Assembly (NCBI GenBank): GCA_964187785.1
Contig: OZ076409.1
Coordinates: 70,682,001-70,746,000 of the forward strand
Reading direction: 5' to 3'
Source: Amphiscolops sp. MND2022
Lineage: Eukaryota
Length of the DNA: 64,000 nt
Part shown: positions 1 through 11,456 of the stretch, one piece after another
Position numbering within the stretch: position 1 is the first letter of the stretch
Layout: the number at the start of each line of letters is the position of its first letter
Made by a program: the position numbers and the translations under genes
Notes under the pieces: generated by a model
The model's database searches: none
What the model was told of the DNA's origin: nothing
The model's input: the letters and a program-made list of their open reading frames with translations, nothing else

Positions 1-218
1 AAAAAATGGTATTGATTGAATTGTATATAACAAGTAATAAAAGTTCAAATTGATTATTACGTTTCATTATTCAAGCTAAAACTTCATAACATAGTTTAAT
101 TAACGTCAACGCCACACACTTTACATCAACGCCCACCGTCTGTGGGCATGCCGAGGCATGCCCTTCGACGACATATACCAAATACATACCCAAACGACGC
201 CCGTACATCCCGGGCTAG

Positions 219-1529
219 GTGCCGGGATTTCTATTCGATAAAGTATTTTGCGCGGTTGGGTAGGGCCCCGTGAGCGCGCCAGGGGATTGTGTTAGAACAA
301 CCGGAAATTCGGCATACGATTTTGGCGATTTTCTAAACTATCCATACGATTTGGCTCAAATTTGGCATACGGGTTCCTGAGACAGATATAAGAACTAATT
401 CCTACTGGCGTTTTGCCCGGAAAATTTTTTTTGTTGCCCAAAATTGAAATTTTCGGCAAAAAAATGCGATTTTTTTTGAAAAATTTTTTTTGAGAGGCCA
501 TATCTTTTTTCAGGGTGCCCGGAGCGGGACGCGTTAAACTGATTATAAACTCTACGGTTCATGGGCTTTACGGAGAACCTAAGCTCGTTTCGCTCGGACA
601 AATAGTCTTGGAGATATAACGGGATTTTTCGGGAATTTTTTGAAAATTTTTCTAACGGTCCAGCTTATCTTTGCCATTTTTTCAAAAATGCACTCGCCTA
701 AAGGCCTCCCCTGGCCGGTTTTATTCCCAGCAAAACCATTTGGCCCTAAATACGGAGTTTCAGCGTTCCAGCATTCCCGGGCGAAAAGTTGTGGGACTTA
801 GAAAAATTTCAAAATTTTTCAAAAATTTTTTTTCCGTTTTCCGCCCTCCCCCCCGAGGGGAAAAGACCCCCCAACCAGTAATTTGAGTGAATTCATGTGG
901 AAAGGCCATGTTTAGAGGAGAAAAATGCCGTTTAGATCGTCTTTTTATTTTAACCTGTCGTTGACTTATGTTGTTTTGAAGGTGATGTTTGGATGTGTGA
1001 AGCATGTGAAAAGGTGTTTTATTGTGTCTTTAGCTCTTCTAAAAGCCATTGAGATACAAGGTGTAGCACTCAGAACGTGTTTAATTCTAAATTAGCAATG
1101 CATCAACACTTTTTGTGTCTTTGGACTCTGTTAAAAAAAATTTTTCCGACTAAAATCAAAAATTATTTATAATTATTCACATTTTTTTCTGATCTCATGA
1201 CTCGAAACAGTTGAGTACATTCCATCTCCCTTCCCGGGGGAGATGAGAATGTACTCTCTAAAGACCAGGTACTACAGTACTTACCTTCCCCGAGCAACGC
1301 CCCATAAAAATTGCGTTTTGATCATTCTATTTTGACATAATTCTATCTTTGTAATTTGACTGGAAATGAAGAAAATCCGCACGTGCTCTTTTATATCAAG
1401 TATCTTAACAACGCCATCTCTTTAACGTCAACGCCCCATAGTTCACATCAACGCCCACCGTCCGTGGGCATGCCGAGGCATGCCCTTCGACGACGTATGC
1501 CAAAGATATTCCCGAGCGCGTTAGCCTAG
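219..1529 (+). mobile_element. Unit, family A (1311 bp; GAGTACATT-type internal hairpin)
   Basis: GTG start, CTAG end; hairpin 1213-1256; close copy at 37813-39127. Confidence 0.8.
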
Positions 1530-3500
1530 GTGCGGGGGGGAAACCCCAACAAATATATTGGAGGATTCGGGTAGGGTCCTGAATCCGATTTTAACTCTAA
1601 TAGCTATCGATAGGAAATCTTGCAAAAATTTCGGGATCTCGTGATCTAACCATAGGATTTTAAAGTTGGAGCGGCCCCCACCAGATTTTCCGAAAATTAG
1701 CGCCCCCCACCGGGTTCCATACCCCGGAAAATTTTTTTCTGGCCACACGGGCGACCGTTAGGGGGTCATTTTAGGGGTAAAATTCATATTGGGCCACATA
1801 ACTTTTTTTCTGTTGATTTAAAACTTTAGGACCCTGCTAAAAGTTTCTTGACCATGTTGCGGGGGCTCCGGAGGTCCAAACCAATTTTTTCTATCTTGAA
1901 GCTATCTCCAAGTACCCCCCCGCCCAAACCGTTATTTTTCCGGAAACGAAGGTCTTTGACCCGGAAGGAGTCGTCTGAGCGCGGGGTCGTTAGGTGATGT
2001 TTTGGGGACGGCCTTGAGACGAAGTGGGGGACATGTAGTTTGCCAACCTCAGTTTACCCCCCGGACGGGAAATGACCGTTATATGAGCGGCAAAAATGTC
2101 CCCCTCCACGTTTTACCGCTATTTCCGGTGTGAAGGAGTGGGAGTAGCGCGTCGGGTGCCATATATCAAAAGTAGGTTTAGACAAGGATCTATCGGAAAC
2201 ATGTGGTTTGGGACCCCCTGGACCAACCCGTTAGCAGGAAATGGGGCTTCCGGCCCGTTTTTTTACGGTTAAAAACGGAAAATGGGCATTGAGGGGTAAA
2301 TATCTCGTGAACGCGTGGAGCTACGGTGTCCTTCACTACTACAAGGTTTCATACCCATGATATGGTGCCTTCAGGGGGGCAAACAGATTTCCGCTATCTA
2401 TCACCGTTACGGACTTGGCCCCCCAGCCTAACCGCTAAGTGACCGGAAATGTCACTTTTTGAGCCCAAAGGGTCGGTCCCAGCCAGGGAACGTTAGATAA
2501 CTTATTGTAGTACTCATTGAGATGAGTTGGGGGACATAGTTTCAGTCACCCCCCGTTACCCCTTAAGACCGGAAATGACCGTTATGTGAGTAAAGTTGCC
2601 GTTTTTGTCCTATTTGAAGGGCATTTAGATGCGGAAGGAGTGGTAATAGGTGCTTGGACACTATATGAGGTAAGGGAGGATATGAGGCGAGCATTCGGAA
2701 ATAACCGTTATGTTGACCCCAAAGTCCCCGTGGTACCGTAAACGACCGGAAATGGTCAAATTTTCTGTTTATAGGGTACAAATGGTTGGTATTTTGTAGA
2801 TAAAAGTATCTATTAGGTGTTTCGACGGTCTGCAGTAGTGAACATAGTCATGAAACCTTGTGGGGGGTAACGGTATATAGCACCGGAAGTCCAAACCGTT
2901 GGAGACAAGATAGGTTTTTTGGTTTTAAAATGTCTTTCGGCGTACTTTTGTCGACTATTAAGGACTACTTTTAAAAATTAAAGTTTTTCCATATAGTTTT
3001 AGAGACTCCGAAACCTCAACCAACATAACCGTTACCTCATGATAGCCTTTCAAGTTGGCCTGGTGTCAACTTGGAAGGGCTATCCTTCAAAAATCGTCAA
3101 TCAAGTGTGTCTTTGGGTATGTTTGTATCATTTTAGAATCAAATAGAGCTTCAAGAAAAGTTTGCCAACGACAAAAACTATGTCGTGATGATTCCGTTAT
3201 TAGAATAATAGTTAGCAAATTGTTGAGAAAATTGATTTTTTCCATATAAAATGTGTCCTAATTGCCAGGAAACCTATTTAACTTACAAATGGTATTGATT
3301 GGAATGTATGTAACAGAGTTATAAAAGTTCAAATTGACTATTACGTTTCATTATGGAAGCTGAAACGTAATATTTTAGTTTAATTAACGTCAACGCCACA
3401 CACTTTACATCAACGCCCACCGTCTGTGGGCATGCCGAGGCATGCCCTTCGACGACGTATGGCAAATCCCTTCTAACGACGCCCGTACATCCCGGGCTAG
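1530..3500 (+). mobile_element. Unit, family B (1971 bp; GATAGCC-type internal hairpin)
   Basis: GTG start, CTAG end; hairpin 3041-3084; close copy at 60430-62404. Confidence 0.8.
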
Positions 3501-5496
3501 GTGCGGGGGGGTAACCCCAACTTTTTTCTTGGAGGAATCGGGTAGGGTCCTGATTCCGAGCTTAGTGCCGCCAGCTATCGTTAAAAACCCATACCTTTTA
3601 AACCCGATCTCGGGAACTAACCACGCCCCTTCTTTAATTTTTTGGCCCCCACTCACTTTTTGAGAGTAGATCGCCCCCCACTGGGTTCGATGTTGGGCAA
3701 AAATGGAGATCATGGGTAACGGGGACCGTTAAGGGGTAACTCAGGGGGTAAAATTTATTTTTTGCGTCATATCTTTTCCCCCCGTGGATTTAGCGCTTCC
3801 GGTCAGCAGACAAAACCTCATGTACGTGATAAGGGGCCTCCATAGGTCCAAACAAAATTTTTCTATCATGCACCGTTACGGACTTGCCCCCCCGGCCCAA
3901 CCGTTATTTTACCGGAAATTGCACTTTTTGACCGGGAAGGAGTCGTCTGAGCACGGAGTCGTTTGGTAATGTTTTGTAGTGCATCTGGAGACGTGTTGGG
4001 GGACATGTAGTTTGCCGATCCCAGTTTACCCCTCAGACGGGAAATGACCGTTATGTGAGTTTTGAAAATGCCCCCCTTCAATTTTCCCCGCAATTTCCGG
4101 TGTGAAGGAGTGGGAGTAGCGTGTCGGGTGCCATATATCTAAAGTAGGTTTAGACAAGGACCAACCGGAAACATGTGGTTTCGGACCCCCTGACCCAACC
4201 CGTTAGCCGCTATTAGGGTGATCGCCTCCTTTTTTTGCTGTCAAAACCGGAAAACGGGCATTGAGGGGTAAATATCTCGTGAACGCGTGGAGCAATCGTG
4301 TCCATCACTACTACAAGGTTTCATACCCATGATATGGTGCCTTCAGGGGGGCAAACAGATTACCGCTATCTATCACCGTTACCGACTTGGCCCCCCAGCC
4401 TAACCGCTATGCGACCGGAAATTGCACTTTTTGAGCCCAAAGGGTCGATCCTAGCCGGGCAACGTTAGGTAACATATTGTAGTACTCATTGAGACGAGTT
4501 GGGGGATCTATTTTCAGTCGCCCCCCGTTACCCCTTGAGACCGGAAATGACCGTTATGTGAGTAGAATTGCAATTTTTATACCTTTTGAAGGGCATTTAG
4601 GTGCGGAAGGAATGGTAATAGGTGCTTGGACACTATATGATGTAATGGAGGTTGTGAGGAGAGCATTCGGAAGTAACCGTTACGTTGACCCCAAAGTCCC
4701 CCTGGTACCGTTAACAACCGGAAATGGCCAAATTTTGTGTTTATAGGGTACAAATGTTTGGTATTTTATGGATAAAAGTACCTGGAAGGTGTTTTAAAGG
4801 CCTCCAGAAGTGAACATAGTCATGAAACTTTGTGGGGGGTAACGGTATATCGCACCGGAAGTCCAAACCGTTAGTTACAGAATAGATTTTTTGGTTTCAA
4901 AATGTCTTGAGGCGTAGTTTTGTGGGTTGAATCGTCATAATATCAACTAATACGGACTTTTTTCGGAAATAAAATTTTTTCACATTAGTTTCAGGGACCT
5001 CCAATGTTTCAGTCAACATAACCGTTACATTTTGATAGCCTTTCAAGTTGGCCTGGTGTCAACTTGGAAGGGCTATCCTTCTAAAATCGTTAATCAAGAG
5101 TGTTTTTGGGTAGGTATATGTTGCATTAGTACCAATTAGAGCTTCATCAACAGTTTGCCAACGGCAAAAACGATGTCGTGATAATTCCGTTATAAGAATA
5201 TTAATTAACAAATTGTTTCCAAAGTTGATTTTTTCCATTCGAAATGTGTCCTAATGCCACCAAATTGAATAAAATAATAAATGGTATTGACTAAAACTAA
5301 ATAACATTGAAAAAGAAGCTCAACATTTTTAATAGGTCTCATTATGGAAGCTGAAACCTCACGTTTTAACTTAATTAACGTCAACGCCACATACTTTACA
5401 TCAACGTCCGCCGTCTGTGGGCATGCCGAGGCATGCCCTTCGACGACGTATACCAAATTCCTTTAACACAACACCCCCGAGCGCGGTAGCAGCTAG
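3501..5496 (+). mobile_element. Unit, family B variant (1996 bp), last unit of the left array
   Basis: Close copy at 54478-56469; ends CTAG followed by non-array sequence GTATCAAC. Confidence 0.8.
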
Positions 5497-5539
5497 GTAT
5501 CAACATCCTCGAAAACAATCTGAAGAAATTGAATACTTT

Positions 5540-6050
5540 TTAGTCGGCGCTTCATGAAGTGAAACGCGACTATTATAGTGACTCTTTTTTTTCTATCCAC
5601 ACGAACTGACCAAAATAGTTCTTAAGAGTTCTACAAAATATTATGGTGTCAAATAGCACCATTTAGCCTAGCGAACTGGACCAAAATGGTTTTACCTGTT
5701 TTTCCGCGTAACATATCATACCGGGCGAGACCAAAGATTCCCCCCTTTCAATTTTTTTCGGCACTGCGAGACATCTTTTTTCGGATTTTTTTTCGAAATT
5801 TTTTTTCCTCAAAGGGTCCCCCTGCATTTTTTTGATGTTTTGCGACAGAATGGATGTTGGAAAATCCCAAAGGGTTCCTCCTTTCAGTTTTTTTCGGCAT
5901 TGTGAGATTTTCTCCCGAAAATAAAAAATTTTTTTTCTTCAATTTTTTCATGTTTTGCGACAGAATGGATGTTGAAAAACCTCAAAGGGTCCCCCTTTCA
6001 GTTTTTCGTCATTGTGAGACTTTTTTTCAAAATTTTTTTCGCGGCAAAAG
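5540..6050 (-). mobile_element. DINE-1/Helentron-like non-autonomous repeat, partial
   Basis: Shares the tagtcggcgc...gactatta terminus and gacagaatggatgttg..aaagggtccccctttcagtttt subrepeats with 7538-7931 and, inverted, with 11457-11883. Confidence 0.55.
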
Positions 6051-6514
6051 TACAAATTTTGAAACAATAATTTTGAAGCCGAATGATCCGAAGCCGCATT
6101 AATTTCTTTTCCTTCAATTCTAATTATTATGAGTTTGAGAATCAAAGAGTATGTATCCATTAAATGCCAATAATTCCATGTATATTTAATTTTTAGGAAC
6201 ATTGGGTTAGATCTCCAACCGAATTATTTCGTAGATTAAATTTTGAATAATTTGGGGTTGCAAACTATCCTACCAAAACAGCGTGTGAAATCTCGTCTCC
6301 CCGTTTGTATCTACCAAGTAAGATCTTGAGCCTGTTATCTCGACATGGTCGTAGGACATACGATCAATAAGCTGACTTCCACGAGTAATTCTTTTGTTTC
6401 CATAAAAGTAGTTGAATTAATTTTTGACAGCAACTCAAAGTACTCGGCGTTCCAAAGCAGGTTCTGGATCCTTCGAAAAAACGCCCCCTGAAGTGTGAGC
6501 ATGTGACTTTGCTG

Positions 6515-7333
6515 TTCCGATTCCACAGTTCTTTGATCGCTTCGTCAAAATGAACTTCGTTCAAAATGAGCACTGCGTCAGATGTTTACAGCTTTAAGCA
6601 GGGTTTTGACATCGCTAATTTTTTCCGCTAATCGCTAAACCGCTAATTTGAAAATCGCTATTTTCTGCAAACTATTAAATGTTTAGTTCAAGTATGTTTC
6701 AAAATAATTTATCCGGTTTTTGGAAGGAAAAAAGACTAGAATTGTTTGTACTGTGCGAGTTTTACAAGGGTAAGAGTTGGAATTTTTCCAAAATTAATTT
6801 TGAAACACCGTCTATAGCGAGAAGAAATTTTGAATTTGGACAATCTGTTAGTTACCGCTAATGAAATCGCTAAAAATTTCTGTGCGGCCGCTAGTTCACT
6901 AAATTGCTGATTAACGGTGTCAAAACTCTGGCTTTAACAGATTACATTTTGCTCACCTCTACAGTAGACTCGCGATTATCCGAACACTACTTCGAGCGGA
7001 TAGGTTACCTTGACCTGTTCGGATAATCGAATCGGAAATATTTCAATTGGGAAATGTACAAAATGATCAATTGAAAGAATCAGTCATGTTTTCTTTCCGA
7101 TTCCACAGTTCTTTGATTGCTTCGTCACAATGAACTTCGTTCAAAATGAGCACTGCGTCAGATGTTTACAGCTTTAACAGATTACATTTTGCTCTACCTC
7201 TACAGTAGACTCGCCATTATCTGAACACTACTTAGGTGGATAGGTTACTTTGACCTGTTCTGATAATCGAATCGGAAAACTTTCAACTGGAAAATGTATA
7301 AAAACGTTAATTGATAGAATCAGTCATGTTTTT
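6515..7333. repeat. Local tandem duplication of a ~240 bp segment (6515-7092 including the MITE; 7095-7333)
   Basis: ttccgattccacagttctttga...aatcagtcatgtttt present twice. Confidence 0.8.
6599..6930. mobile_element. hAT-type MITE (332 bp)
   Basis: TIRs cagggttttgaca / tgtcaaaactctg; 8-bp target duplication gctttaag (6591-6598) / gctttaac (6931-6938); empty site visible in the duplicate at 7171-7178. Confidence 0.8.
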
Positions 7334-7537
7334 GTTTCAACACATCAACTCGTTTGGAAGCAGATAGTTCTTTGAGGCTTCTCAAAACACCAGTATTGTA
7401 TACAGTTGCCTCAGGTTGCTCTTCTAGCCATTGCATAGCTCTCGTAATACAATCAAATGCTGCTGAATGGGTCGCAGAACTACGAATCAATGATTCATCT
7501 TCCAATACTTGTATTTCTTCCTCAGACTCAGATGTTT
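7201..7537 (-). mobile_element. Tigger/pogo (jerky-like) DNA transposon 3' remnant
   Basis: Minus-strand peptide THSAAFDCITRAMQWLEEQPE...LRSLKELSASKR...KQ resembles Tigger/jerky transposase C-termini; TA+CAGTAGACTCG..ATTATC TIR-like end at 7201, duplicated at 6960. Confidence 0.6.
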
Positions 7538-7931
7538 TTAGTCGGCGCCTTATCCCTTAAGGAAAAAAAGCCGACTATTACAGTGGGTAGTTTTTTCAGC
7601 CTACAATCTCACTCTGAATGGTCCACTTTTCTTACAATCTCACAAGTTTTACAATTCTTGTACAAGTTTTTACAATTCGAAGTAGTATTGTTACATCATC
7701 TAAGAAACTCAACGGGGCCAAAGGGTACTCCCTTCAATTTTTTGATATTTTCCGACAGAATGGATGTTGAAAAGTCCCAAAGGGTCCCCCTTTCAGTTTT
7801 TTCGGCATTGTGAGACTTCAATTTTTTTTTCATTAAAGGGTCCCCAATTCACCAATACTTTGAAATTTTGAAGTCCTTTGCTATTTTTGAGCCTTGGATA
7901 TGGCGCCGACTTGGGCCGGTCCCGGCTTGTT
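7538..7931 (-). mobile_element. DINE-1/Helentron-like non-autonomous repeat
   Basis: Both termini match 11457-11883 in reverse; subterminal inverted agtcggcgcc/ggcgccgact; terminal hairpin; T-rich flanks, no target duplication. Confidence 0.6.
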
Positions 7932-8725
7932 TTGAACAACACCGACCTAATCTCAATGACACCAAAACAGAATTTATAATCTTTTGCAAAAATCAAAAAA
8001 TTCGCTAATGAATAAAATCCGATTACAAAAGAACGACAAGTTTTATGAACCATCAAACTGTGTTAAATACCTCGGCGTATACTTGGCTCAAAACCTAAGT
8101 TTTCAAGAAGAAGTGAAACACATACTTAGAAATATGGCCTGTGGTATCAAAACCCTCTACTCAATAAGAGAGTATCTCCCTGAATTAACACGGCTCCTTC
8201 TTCTAAATGCTCTTGTAATCAGTCACCTCCACTACCCATCGTTCCTATTAAATGGAATATCTCAAAATCTAATAACTACACTCGAAAAACAATTGAGTTG
8301 GGCTGTTAAAGCCTGCTTCAATCGCACTAAATTTGAATCATCGAGTGATCTGAAAATCAAATACCGAATTTTTCCGGTACGTTTATTTTTGAATCTCAAA
8401 GCTTTAGTTTATTTCTGGAAATGGAAGAATGGATTCCTCCCCGCATTCAAAGAACAGAACTCAATCATAACAGGAAATTACAGAACTCACAAGAGAACCT
8501 CTACTCTAATTTATAACTCACACACCAATGGAAGCATAATGGAGGCAAGTTTTTTTCAAAAGAATAGTCCCACTGTGGAACACCTTACCGAAAAAATTAA
8601 TAAAAACGAAGTACTGCATCAATACAATCAAAACCAAACCGAAAGAATTTTTTGTTAAACAAATAGAGCAGGAAATCGAACGACCGCAATATGGTAGATG
8701 TTGGAGTGAGTGCCGATTCCATTGA
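7932..8725 (+). pseudogene. 5'-truncated non-LTR retrotransposon (LINE, CR1/L2-like) ORF2 fragment: RT C-terminus
   Basis: LNDTKTEFIIF, then frameshift to VKYLGVYL..NLSF...LVISHLHY, then frameshift to PLWNTLP; typical LINE RT end and thumb motifs. Confidence 0.85.
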
Positions 8726-9477
8726 TTAATATTTTGACAATATTAGCATTTTTTATAGAATAATTTGTACACTGCCTTTTTAAGTCAGACAATTATTTGT
8801 GTTTCTTAAATCAAGGGAATTCAGTGTTTTTTTATTTACCATATTCTTCATTAGACTTTTTTCCAAAGTGTAAATATTTTTGTTGCGTTTTTCTGTAAAA
8901 TCTCTCAATTCATAGTCCACTCTAATTCAGAACCCTGTCGCTTTCTCAAATTTGTTAATACTAGAAAATGACCCCCTCTTAAAATGACCCGCAACCCCTT
9001 CTCTTTTTTGGATCCCCAGAAAGCCCTAAGATAGCATTTTCAGTATTGTGCGGGCCAACGGCTCTTACTGGCATTACTGTTTTCTTGTTGCAAGCTTTCG
9101 CAACTTTCACTTGTATTTTTAACAGAATGATTAGCTTGTGACCTTAACGCGTCGAAAAACCAAATTTATTTTTCGAGGAGGTTTTCAGTAAATGATTAAA
9201 AGATGGATTTCATTGTAAGTGAAACACCAACAAAATTTATTAGATTCAGGCAACTGATGTTTTTGGACGCTAAAAACCTCGTATTGTTCTGCTAAAGTGG
9301 AGACACGTTATATGCCGTTTGAAATACTATAAATTCGTTATTCCCAAAGGCATTTAGTATGATTCAATTTGAATAACACGAGATAAACACCTCGTCAGTG
9401 CCTACATTCTGAACCCAGTTTCCGCAAAAAACAAAGCTATTTTTTTAGTTCCATAAAAAAAAAGAGATAATCCTATG

Positions 9478-9540
9478 CATGTGTCGAACCCTCGTCCTCC
9501 TGCTTCCCGCGCTAACGCTCTAACCATTAGGCCATAGGAC
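9478..9540 (-). mobile_element. tRNA-derived SINE head (degenerate)
   Basis: Minus strand has A box TGGCCTAATGG and B-box-like GGTTCGACAC; no cloverleaf; a second degenerate head near 9816-9870. Confidence 0.45.
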
Positions 9541-10309
9541 TCTACATCTGCGACAGTTTAATCTTACCCATTTTTGTTTTTCTAGAATGTGGCGACTATA
9601 TTAACTGCTGGTGAAAACAAGTTCGGAAAAGTTTTCCAAATTGTTCTTAGTCTTTGGAAAGTCGCCTTGTGCCGGAAAAACCTAAGGTGGCCCTCTATGC
9701 TCGAAAAACGCTTCGCTTCTGCTAAAAATCAAGGAAAGGGATTTCGGTTTTAAAAGTCGCATAGTACATACAGAAAAACCCAAAGCGGGAACCTTTGGTT
9801 TTCCCTCTATCTTCGTGGGATTCGAACCCACGAACTTGTGCTTCTCCGCCAAGTACCACGCCAAGTGGTCGTGTATCGGTTTCAAGTTAAAATTGATGAA
9901 AATTATTTACACAAGTGGACGTTACATGGTGACTGACAAATAAAACTTGCCATTGTATACGCACTTTTACTGTTAAGAAGCGCTGACCAAAAAGTTAATA
10001 AACAATGCATTCGAAATGTTTCGCGCCTGGTTACTCTAGAATTACATAATCTTCAACTGATCAGGTAATGAAGTTGACTATTAATCGAGGTAGTGTCTTT
10101 CAGCTGAGTTCATCTTAGAAAACCGATTCTTCATGGATACGTCATGAATGATTGTCTGATTTTGGTGGGGAAAACATAAAACTTTGAAAATGGGAAATAA
10201 TGAATAAGCGAGGAAGTTTAATGAATTCAAATTCCAATCACTTGCAGCACCTGAGAAATGAAGTATAATTTTGCTGTTAAATTTCAGATTGAGGTTGGTA
10301 GCTTTCGAC

Positions 10310-10684
10310 ATGAAGTACAAGAGGCAGAAAAAGGTCAAAACCATTCTTAAAATGTTCAACTTCTTGGGGTTTGAACCGCCTTATACGGTGGTGATGGATG
10401 GGACATTCAGCATGGCTGCCCTGAATAACAAAGTCAATTTGGCTGAACAGATTCCCATTTACTTGGGTCTATCGGATCCCTCGGCTGTCAAACTTTGCAC
10501 AACTAAATGCGTGTTGAAAGAACTGGAGAAGCTAGGATCTTATTTTTACGGAGCTTTACACATTCTAAAACAGTATCCCCCTATTAAATGTGCCCACAGT
10601 AGTAAGAAACTGAAGTCAGCAGCCTTGTGTTTACAAAGATTAGCAGAAAGTGGATTCAAGTGCGTTCTCGCTTCACAGGATTCG
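10310..10684 (+). CDS. UTP23: rRNA-processing protein UTP23 homolog (PIN/Fcf1 domain), coding exon 1
   Basis: MKYKRQKKVK...FLGFEPPYTVVMDGTF...LCTTKCVLKELEKLG...GALHILKQY..IKCAH...AALCL...VLASQD matches the UTP23 family; ATG at 10310; donor GTGAGT at 10685, phase 0. Confidence 0.92.
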
Positions 10685-10897
10685 GTGAGTTTCGGTTATG
10701 CTACAAACATGCTGATAAGAATCTGTTCAATAAGAAACACATTGCTCCGTAAAAGCTTTGTTGTTTCAGCACGTGCGGTCCTTTTTAACTTTAACTCCAA
10801 TGCGTGAAATGTGAAATCGGCAGATCGCCTCAGAAAAAGAGGCCCATAACAAGTTCTGTGGAAACTTTTGTTAGCGATTGCTTCCACTGAACTTGAA

Positions 10898-11160
10898 AAC
10901 AAGACGGGAACGACCCAAGTCGGACCATATCTAAGGCTCAAAATAGCAAAAGGACTTCAAAGTGTCAAGAGAACGTTATATCCGAACTTTGAAAACGTTA
11001 TATCCGAACTTTGAAAACGTTTTTTTTAAAAAAAACTTGAAATTTTTGAAAAAATGTTTTCGGAAAATGTCGCACAGTGCCGATAAATGTAAAAGGGGGA
11101 CCCTTTCGGCACGTTCGGTTTTATAGGTTTCCTTGAAAACGTAAAAAAGGGGTTACTCTT
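10898..11160 (+). mobile_element. DINE-1/Helentron-like repeat, partial, in UTP23 intron 1
   Basis: aacaagacgggaacgacccaagtcggaccatatctaaggctcaaaa terminus shared with 11457 and, inverted, with 7931. Confidence 0.55.
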
Positions 11161-11456
11161 TACACTCATAGTCGATAGAAAAATTTACTATGCATCGTCT
11201 AATGCTTGTGACGTTTGGTATCGACGAACACGGTAACCGAGAAATTGTGAAATAACTGATAAAGTATTTGGGTTACTGGCAAAACGATAGAAGTTTTCTT
11301 AACTTTTGCCTGTTTGAGTTTGTCCATCTTATTATTCAGGGTAGGATCTGCTGAGATGAGCAGGTTGAAAAGGTTGTATCAGATCCCCTTCAAGGTTTCT
11401 ACTCCCTTCGTCCTTTATTCTATTGTTCTTGGGCAATTATTGAAGAGACATTTAAT

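Larger units (their letters stand above)
1..5496 (+). repeat. Left head-to-tail array of cassette-like mobile units (one partial unit plus 3 complete units)
   Basis: Junctions CTAG|GT at 218/219, 1529/1530, 3500/3501 and 5496/5497, each preceded by the block caacgcccaccgtcYgtGGGCATGCCGAGGCATGCCCttcgacgac. Confidence 0.9.

Noticed and set aside
100..300. Retrozyme or hammerhead ribozyme in the conserved block
   Set aside because: No conserved CTGANGA...GAAA core seen on either strand; other ribozyme classes were not excluded without a covariance search
219..1529. LTR or TIR transposon structure for the units
   Set aside because: No long terminal direct or inverted repeats, no target duplications, no poly(A) tails
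10271..10807. ORF-track call of a single-exon 178 aa protein
   Set aside because: Family homology starts at ATG 10310 and stops at the GTGAGT donor at 10685; the rest is intron
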